Shown in pieces: positions 30,501-44,500 of a stretch of DNA of 64,000 bases (positions are counted from its first letter, which is position 1; each line of letters begins with the position of its first letter). The translations under genes were made by a program, and so were the position numbers. A model generated the notes under the pieces. It was not told the DNA's origin, did not search any database, and was given only the letters and a program-made list of their open reading frames with translations. Source of the stretch: Lingula anatina (Eukaryota > Animalia > Brachiopoda); NCBI GenBank assembly GCA_051362555.1, contig CM120640.1, positions 40,526,788-40,590,787 of the forward strand, read 5' to 3'.

Positions 30501-33500
30501 GACCGTCGACTGGAGTAGAACGATTATGTATTTAATTACACCTAGATAGAATTGTGCACACCTAATTTTTATTGCGCAAAGTTTTTGACGGTTCTGAATC
30601 TTTCAGAAGGTTTCTAAATATCAATTTATTATAGTTTCAAACACGTACAACTTGTTAGGTCATCTGTAATTGACTTTATAAAACATCAAGGAAAACAAGG
30701 TAAAACATATTAGCTTGCCTGTGTGTAACCAAATTACTATGATAAGCCTATGCCAGTGGTTGTTATGAGTGTTTTAGAAGCACATGTTAAAATGTTAGCA
30801 AGAAAAAACTACTTAGGCGCGAAAATCAACATTAAAAAATGAAACTTACTGGGACACGGATGAGTGTTGCATTCCTGTTGCTCACGCGCTGCGCCCGAGC
30901 AGTTTGCCCCACCGTAGTACGGCCCGTCACAGTCACGTGAACGATTCTGTATACCTCCGCCACACGTCACTGTGCAAACCGTCCATTCTGTCCAATTTCC
31001 CCAAACACCATCAACTAGAGAACCGAGAGGGAGAATTTGCTGTACACGACAAAGAAAGCCTTGCCCCTCTTGCAGGAGGGTAGGAATGAAGCTGCTAGAA
31101 CACCGTAAATAGCAAAAGTAAAATGGATACTACTGCTACCATAAGCATTAAGTTACTACTTAAATGAAAATGGAAGTGATGCCAAGAGGATTTAAACGCA
31201 AAATAGGGGAGTTCCCAGAGTAGGGTGCATTTATATATATATGTATCTAGATGTACCACTAAATATATCAGTACATGCAAAGAATGAAGTGTAGCACGCA
31301 GAAAAGCAAATAACGTGTCTTTCCGCTTAGACTGATCCAACTCTGCGAAGCTTCTCCAAAGATTGGACCATCAAACCCAAGAAAAGTGCACCTTGTTTTG
31401 GTACATTGAGTTGGTGGACTGTGAATTACGATTAGCTAGTTTTAACCTACTTGGACACTTATGTGTGTTGCAAGTCTCAGATTCGCTCCATGCTCCCTCG
31501 CAATTTTTTCCGCCGTGATATGGGCCGTCACACGTTCTGTCCTTCCACCTGGTCCCGCCCCCGCACTGGACTGTGCAGTTCGACCACTCGCTCCAGCTGG
31601 TGAATACGCCGTCAACTGAAATACCAACACTTAATTTCAGTCATATCTGATGTATTAGAGAACCATTTACTGAAATAAGAAATAATAGAGCCAGACTATT
31701 ATTTTAATATCGCCATTAAGCGTGCGGAAGAAGGAGGGGCGAATAGACGCAGACTGGTAACACTTGACAAAGAAGCAAGGAGGAACATATACAAGTAGGA
31801 ATGAACAACAGAAAAACTACAGCTGGCAAGGTACGGGGATGGATGTTTTAAGCTCAGAGGAGAGCACAAGATGCATGGTTACTTCAAATAATCAATTAAG
31901 TTAACAACGAATAACAGTAACAACAACCCGGCTGGTACCAGTACAAAATTGCCTTTATTTATAGGACAATAGAAAATGTGATATGATGATTTATGTTACC
32001 AAAATTTAAGTAAATATTTTAGTTTAAACCAATATGCACGTGATGACAGTTACCTACCAGTGGTTAAACGAAGACGGGTGCAAATGACAAGATACTAGTA
32101 AATGCCATTTTAACAATGTTTACCCTTATATTACACAAATTCAAATAAATCATCAATAACAAGAAAATAAATATCTGTAAATATCTGTAAACCATTACCT
32201 GGGCAGTGGTGAGTGTTACAGGCCTGAGATTCGTTCCAGTTTCCCTGGCATTCCTTTCCACCGAAAAACGGCCCAATACAGCCCCTGTAGCGCCACTGTG
32301 TGCCGTTCCCACAGCTGGTACTACAGGTGTCCCAGGCCGTCCAGTTACCCCATACTCCGTCCACTAAAGACATAACAATAAGATTATGCATATATGGTAT
32401 CGAAATCTCATCAGAAACATACTAATTTCTTGAATTCATAAGACTGGCTTTTTAGTATTGTTCTATATGCTCGTCTTTTCTCATAATTTAATCATTAATT
32501 TTTCGGGCTGATGTTTGTATCTTGCATACTGTCAATATAAAACGTTTCATGACAGTTCTGTTACATTTAATCTATAGTGAGCATACAAATATTTGTGGTG
32601 AAGTGACTAGCAGATGTGAATTTATCTGCTATTATGGTTTCTAATTAAGTAAGGGGGCACATTTATTAGGATTCTATAACTAATATTTATATTCTGGTAG
32701 CCTATCATGCCATCTGACAGACCGCTATTGTGTTTAGCGGTACCTACGTTTCTTTGTTGACTAAACATAACATATAGATATTGGCCAAGGCAATTATTTC
32801 AAAATACCATTGCCACGATTTTAAAATTGATTTCCCACTGTAACATAGGGCAAGTATCATATTAATTTAAATGGCAAAAGAATATATGTATAATCCACAC
32901 CACGATAAATGTTAAAAATGCCTTAACTGACATTGCTTCTTTCAGACTTTCTTTTTGCCTTGATTCATTTAACATTTATTAATTTGACACGTTTTCTTTC
33001 CGTGAGGAGACCCAATATATGTACCTGCACATTCGTGAGTGTTGCAATTTCTAACTTCCTCCGTAGGTCCGTGACAGTCTTCACCTAGGAAATACGGACC
33101 GTCGCACTCTCGGGTCCTATTTTGTGTTCCTCCGCCACACGACACATCGCAATTAGTCCAGTTACTCCAAGCTTTCCAGATCCCATCAACTACATGGAAA
33201 TAAGTGGGCAGTGAACCCATTTATGTGATTTATAAAACGCGATGCCATCATGTTCAAAACTCGTTCACTGTCACTCGCCGGCGTTATCGCTTGACTAACT
33301 TGCCTTGCCCATGCATTCAAGCTTGTGCTCTACCAAAAATAAACTAGAAAATGCTGTCTAATGAGCTATGACATCAAGGTTATTCTATATATACTCTACA
33401 TACACACCAATATATTACAATACAATGTGCGCAGCTAAGCAATAGTGGATACCACGCAATACCTGGACACTCGTGCACGTTGCATGCCTCTACTTGACTG

Positions 33501-36500
33501 GCATCTCCAGTACAATTTCGACCACCGTAATAAGGTCCGGCACATGTCCGGAACCTTGACCGTTGCCCAGTTCCGCATGATCCACTGCAGTTGGTCCATG
33601 CTGACCACGCTCGCCATTTCCCATCGACTGAAGATGAAAAATATGAAAAATATATAAAGTGGATGACACTTCTGTAAAACCACTTATGTTCATCGAATGT
33701 ATAACAATACTGGTATTAATCTAGCAATAATCAGTCAGGTTGCACTTAGTATTTATACATGTAATTACTCAAGTGTAGGTCTTGGTTTAATTGCTTTCAA
33801 AATAAGTTGTTTTGCATACATCTGCTTTGAAAAGGGTTCACATGCAAACCACAAAGAAACCACACTGTTTTCCTTTCACAGTAACTTACTTGGACAATGG
33901 TGCGGGTTGCAGTCCTGGTACTCGATGTTGCTCCCGGTGCAGTTGCTGCCGCCATGGAGACCCGCTATGCAGTCCCGGACACGTGACTGCTGTCCACCAC
34001 CACAACTGACATTACAGGTTGACCACTCAGACCACACGCCCCAGTAGCCATGAACTTGTGAGAGAAAATTACGCAAGAGAATTAGGAGAACAAAAAAGTG
34101 CGAGCATGCGGTGGAAGCCAAGCGGAACTTGCTGCTATATTGGATCTGCCAACGCCCATATTGGACGACCCAATCTGAGACATTCTCTGAAAAAAATATC
34201 TGGAAATTTCTTGCCATTTGATTTTCACCTGTAGCAAAAAGAGAGCGCACTGTTTCACAAAAGAATTAACATAAACATCTACTTCACTGTACAATCTATG
34301 CGACATAAATTAACAACGTCCATCTAAGCAACACTGAAGCACTAAAGACTAAACGTAAGGGACGAAAACATATAATAAGATACTAGCAGGACACTACAGT
34401 TCTGATGGCACAATCTTGTATTATAACCACGCAAAAATTTCCAAATCGCGCGTGTCAAACAAACTCTATAGACATCTCCTGCCCTATACATTTCTACTCC
34501 CAGATGTGTCTTACTTGGACACGGATGGGTGTGACAATCTTGATACTCGACAGCGGGCCCTGAACAGTTAGCCCCGCCATAAAACGGACCGTCACACGAA
34601 CGCTGCCGAGACTGAATTCCACCGCCACAGCTAACGTTGCAGCTGTTCCATTCGGTCCAAGCTTCCCAGATTCCGTCAACTGTTAAAAAAGAAAATAATC
34701 GTGAAAAATTACAAGGAATTGAAAAAAATAAGGGATTTTAAGGGATTTTAACTTTTTACAGTTTAGCTCCGACCCCTTCACCAAAAGCTAAAATGGGTTT
34801 TCATAAATAATAAATTAACATATACACGTAGCTTTAAAACCAACACCGATATCAGATTATATGCAAGCAGCAGCGTGAGCACATAAAAAATACAAAAATG
34901 ATTTTACCTCAGAGAAAGTGTTTTAAATGAAACTTCAAAAACGAAAGAAAAGCTCAAATCTTAAAAGCGGCCGGATGATAACATATCAAATGAATTGTTT
35001 CTCAGTTTCCAAAAACAAAAATTCAGTTTCGCATTTTCATAGGGACAATGGCCAAAAGTAAAATGTTTTTTTAAATACATATCACCATCTTCGACTCCAC
35101 ACATCACCGTTACCTGGACAATAGAAGTCATTGCATATCTTGGAATCGATATCTGGTCCCGAGCAATTCAGACCGCCATAAAACGGCCCGGTACAAGTTC
35201 TGTAGCGGTGTTGCATACCACCCCCGCAGGTGACATTGCAGGTGTCCCAGGAGGTCCAGTTGGTCCAGACACCGTCAACTGAAAATGAGCAAAGTGACTT
35301 ATGCACCAAGCCTTCAATAAAGTCCACTTACTTTACATATGTCGCCTTTACTGCACCATAAAGCGTAGCAGTCTTATAAATAGGGACACTAAAACTGCTT
35401 CAATGAGTAATCTTAAAGGCCACATAAAAAGTAAGAGCACAAGAATTCACAATGACGTTTAGCAGCAAACTGTAAGCTGAACACAGCGGCTTTAAGTTTT
35501 GGCAAAAACGTAAGAGCAAAATATATTCCATATGAAAGGCTAGTTTTGAAAGTGAATTGATTGAGTTGGTGACAAAGCTGAGAACAAACATCAAGAATGG
35601 CATCAAAAGTGATCTGAGTTAATAAGAAAGCTGCGAGTACGACATTTATACAGTAATGCGTAATAAATGGACAGACCTTATCACTGGAACATGAATGCAC
35701 TTTAACGCAATTTGGTTCGCTGGGAAGTTAAAATAACGTTAATCAAACATTTACATAGGAACCACGCGCAGCGGCAAAGTTCATTTGTACATAAATCACA
35801 TCGGTGAGGATATATAGATGATTCAAAAGAACACAAGACCAACTTAGCACTACCCTAGCAATACCTGGACAGTGATGAGTATTGCATGCCTGAAAATCCT
35901 CTGTTGGACCAGAGCAGTTGGCACCACCGAAGAACGGTCCGTCGCAGACCCTCCACCTGCTTTGAATTCCACCGCCACAGGTCGTATTGCACGTACCCCA
36001 TGCGGACCACGTGACCCAAACGCCGTCAACTTAAACATACCATACAAAGCGCATAAGAAATGAATTAAAATGAAAGCTTAAGCTAGAGTAACAAGACTGG
36101 AGGACTTCGTCCACACGAGATGGTCAATTATGTCCCTTGGTCTCCAAGGTGTCTGTGTGTCAATTACGCTATCTTGAAAACAGGTCATACATCTTTAGGT
36201 GTCAGGGTCACTAAAGTTAAATCTATTTCCAAATACACATTTTCAATGTCTTATATACATGTATTGCTTAAATAAGATAAACCTTCAATCTGGTACCGCC
36301 CTAAGCGTTTCGAACCTCGATCGATTTCATTAATATTTCATCATCACGATTTCTAGGAATTCCATTCAACTTACTTGGACAATTATGTGTATTGCAGGCT
36401 CTTGACTCAGTGAAGGGACCGGAGCAATTTTGCCCGTGATAGAATGGGCCATCGCATTCACGAGAACGGCCCTGGGTGCCGCCGCCACACGAGAGAGAAC

Positions 36501-39500
36501 ACGTCTCCCACTCTGACCAGGCCTTCCAGACACCGTCCACTGGAAATTGTAATTTAAGAATATGGACCAGTTACTTAATGGTAAGGGCCGTAATAAAAAA
36601 CGATCCAAGAGTGTCCCACATGTCACTTCATCCCTTAACTTCACAGTGGTGGACTTACAGGGGTGGGGAACATACGGTAATATCCAAAACAAGGGGGGGA
36701 TACTGTTCAAGGTTCTGTCCTTGAAGGCCAAGTAAGGTTATGACCAAGGCCACTCGGAAATTAGTCCACCACTGTTTTGAGATGCAAGATGTTATGTTTT
36801 GATAACCAGTTCGCAACAATGAAAAGCATAGATAGTCTTAGTTTAGAAATTAACAGAAAAAGCTTAGCAATGCTAAATTACATCTATAATTCGAAACACA
36901 GAAACAGTGAAAACGCGCCGGCGACGCACAAATCAGTAGTGAAAAGCATGAACTAAGCGCGAGCACTTGACGCCGTTTCGTTCAGTGGCAAGCTTAATTT
37001 ATGAGCATACACACAAAAAAAACTTATCTTATAAAGTCTTTTACTATTGATCTTTACAGTCTGTTTCTTCTTTTTCGCTGCAACGTGATAAATGCAATGG
37101 AGATAAATAATACAAAATATCCAGAAATTACCGGGGCATTGATGAGTATTGCATTCTTGAACGTCTGTTGGGTCACCAATGCAGTCAGTGCCATTGTAGA
37201 AAGGCCCGTAACACGATCTGTTACGCATTTGGGTACCATTACCGCAAGACACAGTGCACTCAAACCACTCGCTCCATGCTTGCCATACGCCATCGACTGA
37301 AACAGAAAAGCATTTTACCTTGAAATCGCCGCACGAAATGAACCTGATAGCAGCAAAAACAATCAAGAGATAACACGTTCAGTTGAAGTTGAATTGTGTG
37401 CGGACAGTTCACGCCTGAAATGAGTACGCTTGCTCAGTTATTACCGTACCATGTATCAATCAGTACTGGCAGGCTTATGTAGTATCAAGAGTTTCTCTCT
37501 TTTACTCTATCTTTGAGTAAAATGTGATACGACTAAGTCGCTCCTTTATAATCCAAATTATTATCCAAATACGGTTAAAATACATGTAATTATGAACTTA
37601 AACGATATTCACTGTAGCAACAGGTATGCAACCCTATCCTAAAGTGAACGTCCTGGACCACCATCGGGGCGCTAGATCGCATTCTGTCCATATTAAGAAA
37701 TCACGCCGTATTGCACGTGTGGACTTACTTGGACAATTGTGTTCGTTGCAAGCCCGGGTGTCGGTTGGAGAACCTGGACAATCTTCTCCACCATAGAACG
37801 GACCATAGCACACACGGGTCCGGCCTTGCTGTCCACCTCCACAAGATACACTACACGATGCCCACTTGCCCCACGTGTCCCATACACCGGCCACTGCAAG
37901 CACATATATATGTAATAGAATAGTTTACGAATTTTAGTGTGTCAAACGCACACCACATATATATCAACTTTAACAAAAAAGTGATAAAACGAAATCAGCC
38001 TCAATGTCAATATAACCCTTCAAATTAGACTCTTTCTATACATATCTAGTATTGTTATTAAAATGTGTAAATACGTAAGTCAGCAGCTATGCTTCTTTGT
38101 ACTACGTTATACCTAGTTTTTCTAACCCCATTAATCTTCAAATAACATTCATCACACTTTCATTTTACCTTGATGGAAAGTACAAATAAAAAAAATAATA
38201 ATAATGAAAATGAAAAATAAGCACAGTGTATAATATATCGATAGTGTATTACACTCACCTGGGCAATGGTGAGTGTTGCAGTCTTTGTACTGGACAAACT
38301 TCCCCTGGCACATATCACCGCCGTGCAGGGGGTTCTGACAGAGCCTCTGCCGAGATTCCTGCCCGCCGCCACAGCTAACGTTACACGTGCCCCACTCCGT
38401 CCAGGGAAGCCAGACGCCATGAACTAAAATTATCAAAAATTTTCCAAAACGTGGATATGACAAAATACGCTTAATACAATACAATTTCAATACAATTCTT
38501 ACTTTAGTGGCTTACAGCTATGGCCTGATTTTGCATTTTTCGTATTAGTTAGGTAGTATTTTTTTTTCCTTTGTCGACAGCTAATGTGTAGTAGGAAAAG
38601 GACTTGAAATCTTCCGATATACTGTCTACTACAAGGTAACAACACTTATGCTTATAATTCTGTAAAATGCATTGATATAGGAATGGTTCAATTTCGTGTA
38701 ACAGACTTGAAACAATAAAAATCGTTGATATACCTTCAAGTGTTTCAATATTTGGATTAATGTCAATATATTCAATATTTAATTATTTAGAAGCAGTGTT
38801 GCAACTTGACAATTCTTATATGGAATACCAATCGATTATCGTCTACCTCAAGCATCATGGCATTTTCATTTACAAACTATCTGAAGAAACAACACATCTA
38901 ATTTATCTTACCTTTCTACATTTGGCGCCCGTCTCTTTTCTTTGATAATGTTCCCTGCGTGACAGTAAACCGTGCCACCCAACGCCCAAACAAAGTGTCT
39001 TAAGTTCAAGTGCTCCGCGAAATGAAGTTCCCACGCGTCTTATCGCAATTGTGCGTGGCCAGCTGCTAGCCGGCCATCTTGCCGGCTTGCCTGCCATCTT
39101 GCCCGCTTGCGAACGACATATGTACGAAAACATGCAAATGCAACGGATTTCTCAACGATTCTTACTTGGTGATATGGGTCGGATTGTTTACGTTACATGT
39201 ATCGAAATGCACAATATTACCGCATTGTGATAAGTCTCATGCCTTTTTAATACAATTCGATGTGATTAATATTCTCTAAAAAGAAACGTTTTTTTAATAT
39301 TGTAATGCCCAAGCTTGATCAAGATTATGCCCTCATGCTAGCTAGAGAAGGATGTAAGCTATCAAAGATATCAGTTCATGCAGCAAAGAGGAAAAGAGAG
39401 TAACAACACTCACAAATATATCTGAAAAGGGCGGTCTAAGATACACCATAAATGTTGGCCGAACATGCTATTTGTATCATCAAATATTCTATGATTCCAT

Positions 39501-41465
39501 ATAGAAATTCAGCATGCAATTGCAATATTTCAATGAAGTGCTGCATTTCCAGGAAAAGAATGGAATGAAAAATACCGCTACGAGTTTGGGTGGGGGTAAT
39601 CAGGTCAATGTTATTTTTTCATGCTAGGATCCTTTGGTGACATGAAAGGTACTAGTACGTATGTACTTTCCAATTGCTCATGCTGCCTGGAAAGTGTATT
39701 TCATACTTTCCACTTTTTATCATGCTTTGGAAAGTATTTTGTATTGTAGCGCTTGATAGTGTCCCAGACCGCCGCCATTCTTGCTATGATGAAAAGCTTA
39801 CCTTTAATTAATCAGCATAATAAAGCTTTAAGCGTCAAGCAACATGCAAGCCTATAATCACAGGTGTCTTCACAGCTTCACAAGCTACCTTTACTCCAAA
39901 CATTTCAAACGTTATTACTAAAACTAACAACATTAAATTTAAAACTCAAACTGTACTTATATGTTCAAAAATGATGTAGTCCAAATGCGAAAAACAGCAA
40001 AATGGAATTCTTGGAGAAACCAGTGTTTTGTACTATCGGCGACGTTCTCCCTACCTGGACAGGGTGGAAGAGTACATGGTTTTTCTTGCTGGGCCACCCC
40101 GTCGCACGGTTGTCCACCTCGCAGCGTTTCTGGGTGGTCGCACTGCCTTGTCCGTATTCTGATGCCATCTTCACATGTGACAGAACACTCGCCCCAAGAT
40201 GACCAGTCTCCCCAGCCTCCGTCCACTATTTGAATTGGAGACATTTGAAATATTTTAATTGATACCTAATGAAACTATTCCACTTTGGTTAATGTAATTT
40301 TTATTTTTTCAGTGGTGAAACTGATATGAGAATTCAAAAGTACGGTTAATTGGTTAAAACCACAATTTGCATTAACTTAAAAATAAAGGAAGACAGGAAA
40401 GAGAGAGAGAGGCCACCTGGTAAAGACATACCAACACACTTGATGCCGACCACGTGTCCATCCTTACACAGACTGGAACTCTGCCAGCCGTTATGTGTAC
40501 ACTCTTGTATGGCCGTCTCATTGCCGAGGCAGGAGAGACCGGATAACACAAAAGGGAGGTTGTAAGATTTAGTCGGACCATTTTGTAGAGCTGGAATAAA
40601 AATGTTTAACACTTTCAAAGTTTATAATATTTGATACGTGAACACAATGCTCCCTGCTGAAGGGGGTTGGAAACTTACTCATCAGAGGTTTTCACTAAGA
40701 AGTCATTGCATGCCATATATATGGTCTAATTTAATCATTCTTGATATGAATTTTGCGTGATAAACATATGGATTTGTAAAAATGTGATGTGGACTGATGG
40801 CATAATTTACTGAAATAGACAAAATTCACACACTATGGCTTTCTTTGGTCGTGGAAAGATTTACTATCCTTCAGCTGAAAAGTCAATAAATCATTTCGGA
40901 ACACTGAATATTTTGATTACGGAGACATTAAAAGTAAAGTCACTTCTAGGCGGCATTTTTTTTTATCAGGATGTGATGATTTAACTACAATCAGCATGCA
41001 GTATAATAGCAGACCGTGTGGTTACAATATCTAACCATGGCAGCTAAACTAATCCATCTGTTCCCAAAGCAACAGAGGTTTTGCTGTGTGTAGTTTGATT
41101 GACTTCCACACTATCCTTGTTGACACTTGCTGCCTTACCTTCCGCCGCGCCCGCCAATCCAAGTTGCCTACAAGCCACGGTTGCTTCATTTATACCCCAA
41201 CCTTCAGAACACACCATCCCCCACGTCTTGCTCTTGTCGTTATAGATCTGCAGAACTCCTTGTCCGTATTCATTGCCGTCTACCAGGTTGACTGGAGCTT
41301 TTTAAAGAGAACACCATTGCTTCAGATATATATTTTTCACATATCTTAGAAGGATATACATGTGTGACAATACACAGTTCCTGAAACATATTGAATAAAA
41401 TCGGAATTACTCCGTATGGTTTAAGTAAAAGTATATATATATATATATATATACCTGCCGCTTCA

Positions 41466-41558
<93 letters not shown>

Positions 41559-44500
41559 TAAAAACCATGTAGCTCAGATTTGTTTGAATACTTGAACACA
41601 CACAAGCTCCCGCACGGAAACACACACACAAATGAAGCGACTCTGCTTTCCTATTACAAAAATAATATCAACATTAATGAGAATGTCTGTTGCATCCCCT
41701 CACCTGTGCAGGTGACCTCATGACAAGGTGCGTGTTCGATCAAGGGACCCATGCAGTAGCGGTCTTTGCCCGGTGTACCACGGTTAGCGCAACTGCGATG
41801 TCGTGTTTTGATACCTGCGCCACAGGTGTAGTGTGTTGAACATGGGCTCCATGTCGACCACGAGTCCCATTCTAAACAAACAGATAAATGCATTTTAACT
41901 AATTAATAATATATTATTATTGACATTCAGCCAGATCCTGACCATCTTTACAAAATGCACATTTAAGAACTGAAAATCAAAATGCGGACCTAATGGTCTA
42001 CAATTTTTTAAATATTCATTGACATAAGTCAAACTTGAGCCGCATTAACTTATTTTCATTATACATAGGAAAACTGATCCTCCCTTTAAAATTGCTCCAA
42101 AGTGGCGGTATATTGTCTAAATAGTGTACGAAGTACATGAGGCAAGTAAGAAGGAGGTGAATAAAAAAGTAAAACATCGACTACAAGTAAACCAAAACCT
42201 TATCAATGAATCAATCAATCTCAAGAGTAACGAATTCAATAGCAAAACCACCAGAGTAAGCGGCCTGTACCACCCTACTCCACTTCCATTTCGTCACATT
42301 CAATTCCCAAAATCCCAAGTGTAAAATTAATAAAAGGGAGGCGCTTGCTTCAAACTAGTGTCACGCTTATGTAAATTCCCAGTGGTTTAAGTTAGGCAGA
42401 CTCATCTTTGCTGGAAGCAGGGCGTAACTCCAAAAGGGGTTGCAGGCGGATAGCGTAGGATATCAAGAGACCTTTAGATACCGTAAATCTTTGGGCCAAG
42501 CTAAGATTGCTAAAATCAGACAACGTACAGTCAAAAGTCAACTATGTGATTTTGGTAGGCTAAGTATTTGCTCGTTGGGTTTTCTTCTTACACTAAAAAC
42601 AAAAAGTAAACAGCCTTTGGGGTTACTTATGAAACGAAATTAAGTTTAAAAAAAAATGAATATTGATAGTTAGGCTAAAAAAAGAACCTTTTTTGTGAAA
42701 CAGACCAATGCTTATACAAGCAATTAAATCATTAACTCCGTCTTTCTGATTGTAGGAATCCATCCGGGCTGAATTAAAACCGAATTTAACTTAGCATTTA
42801 GAGACTAATCTTACCGGGACATGGAAGGAGTGTGCACGTTTCACTTTCGACTTCTGCTCCATAACAATCTAGGGGACTTCTATCCTCTAAGGTCGCCTTG
42901 TTGACGCAGCTGCGCCTGCGCTGTTTCCATCCTGTGCCGCAGGTGACAGAGCAGCTTTCCCAGGCCTGCCACTCCGACCAGTCGATGTCATCCGCTGGAA
43001 AACATTGAAATACTCGAAGATGGTAAAAACGGTAATATGGAACATTCAAGTAGTCCTGTTTTCCCATTTAGAGTAACTGTTGTGTTTGTGTCTGAATTCC
43101 CTTTGTTCAACAAATAAAGGATATATTATAAAACAAACGCATGTCGATAGAACACAAGAAGACATGAAAATAAAGCACTTGAAATTACAACACATGTAAA
43201 ACACATGCCCCATACTTAAAATCAAGACAACAAAATTAAAAAATGAATTAATCTATCATCCTCGTTAATAAAACTTTACTTATCATTTGACGTAAATCAG
43301 TTTGAGCAATTGATTAAGAATTCCATCAGTCTTGTAACAGCTTTTCGACAATTAATCCATAGCTTTCGGCAACTTCATAGGTCTTCTTTGACGAAGGTAA
43401 TTGAAAAACACCCCAAGAAAAGATTATCTTTTCATAAATAACTTATCACATTTTAAACGGATCTCTGGCCTACCATTGGTATCACAATTAATCCCGGTCC
43501 AACCTTCAGGGCAGATACATATGTATGATGGTAGACCCTGCTGTGTCTTGATGTCCAGACAGTAGCCGTTGTTTTGGCAGGGGTACGTCATGCACAGCCC
43601 CAAAGCATCCTGGAAAGACATAACTAATGCTATGTAAAATCATAAATGGAATAACATAACATCTGATGAAAACTAGATGATATAGAAATATTGAAGATAT
43701 CTTCAAATTCGGACACTGAAAAATCTATAAATTCACCAAAACAATAGTGAGAATGTTTTAATCCACCTATTTGGTCTGTTTTTAGGGCTTATGTACTTAG
43801 CCCATGGGCCAGTAGTCGAAAGCCTCCCCCTAAGGGATTTTCAACCACTAAGATATTCAGATACATGTAGCTTAGGCCAATGTGCTTATACATGTACACT
43901 GGGTAACATGATAGAATATCTCAACAGAATACATGTATCTATTACATGTATATGTAGGTAATTTCAATAAGGTCAAACTATCCTACCCTCATTAGAGATC
44001 TTTATTCACTATATTTTTCGGATATCTTAGTTTTCATTTTCTGCTTGTTTGCAATAAAACTGGTGGTCTTTGTGATTGATATAGTCATTGTCAGGGGTTA
44101 AAATTGAATTTTCTGAGAAAAGCAAATTGACACATATATCGAAGGTATAAACTTATATGTTAACGACATAACCCGTGAAGGGCACAATCTACCCACAGAA
44201 TTTTTCTATGGGCCCATTCAGAAAAGATGATCCGAGTACTAACTGATCCGCCGACTAAATATGGCCGACCGCACATCAAAAGAGAGGCCGCTGATTCCTA
44301 ATGGTCTCCCCGCCTCCACACGCGCCATTAAACGGATTAAATCTTGGCTCCGAGGTTTTATTGCCCGCAGGGACGGCGAGTGTGGAGGCGGGGAGACAAT
44401 CGAGAATCATTGGCATCTCTTTTGAAGTGTGGTTCGCCATATTTAATTGGCGGATCAGTTAGTACTCGGATCATCTATTCTGAATGGGGCCTATGATAAA

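Noticed and set aside
20978-38423. Dscam-like mutually exclusive splicing or a CRISPR-like array
   Set aside because: No conserved docking/selector sequences or identical nucleotide repeats were seen in the introns. All introns are long enough (over 200 nt) for adjacent exons to join. The repeats are protein-level TSP1 exons.
38915-38935. ACA-TT-TGGCGCCCG resembling an LTR end plus tRNA-Lys primer-binding site
   Set aside because: No paired LTR or gag/pol sequence nearby; a short match is expected by chance.
19222-41349. Many plus-strand and alternate-frame ORFs overlapping TSP1 and C-terminal exons (e.g. 22390-22794, 29710-30090, 19364-19681)
   Set aside because: These are antisense or off-frame shadows of GC-rich coding exons, with no splice signals or recognisable motifs of their own.
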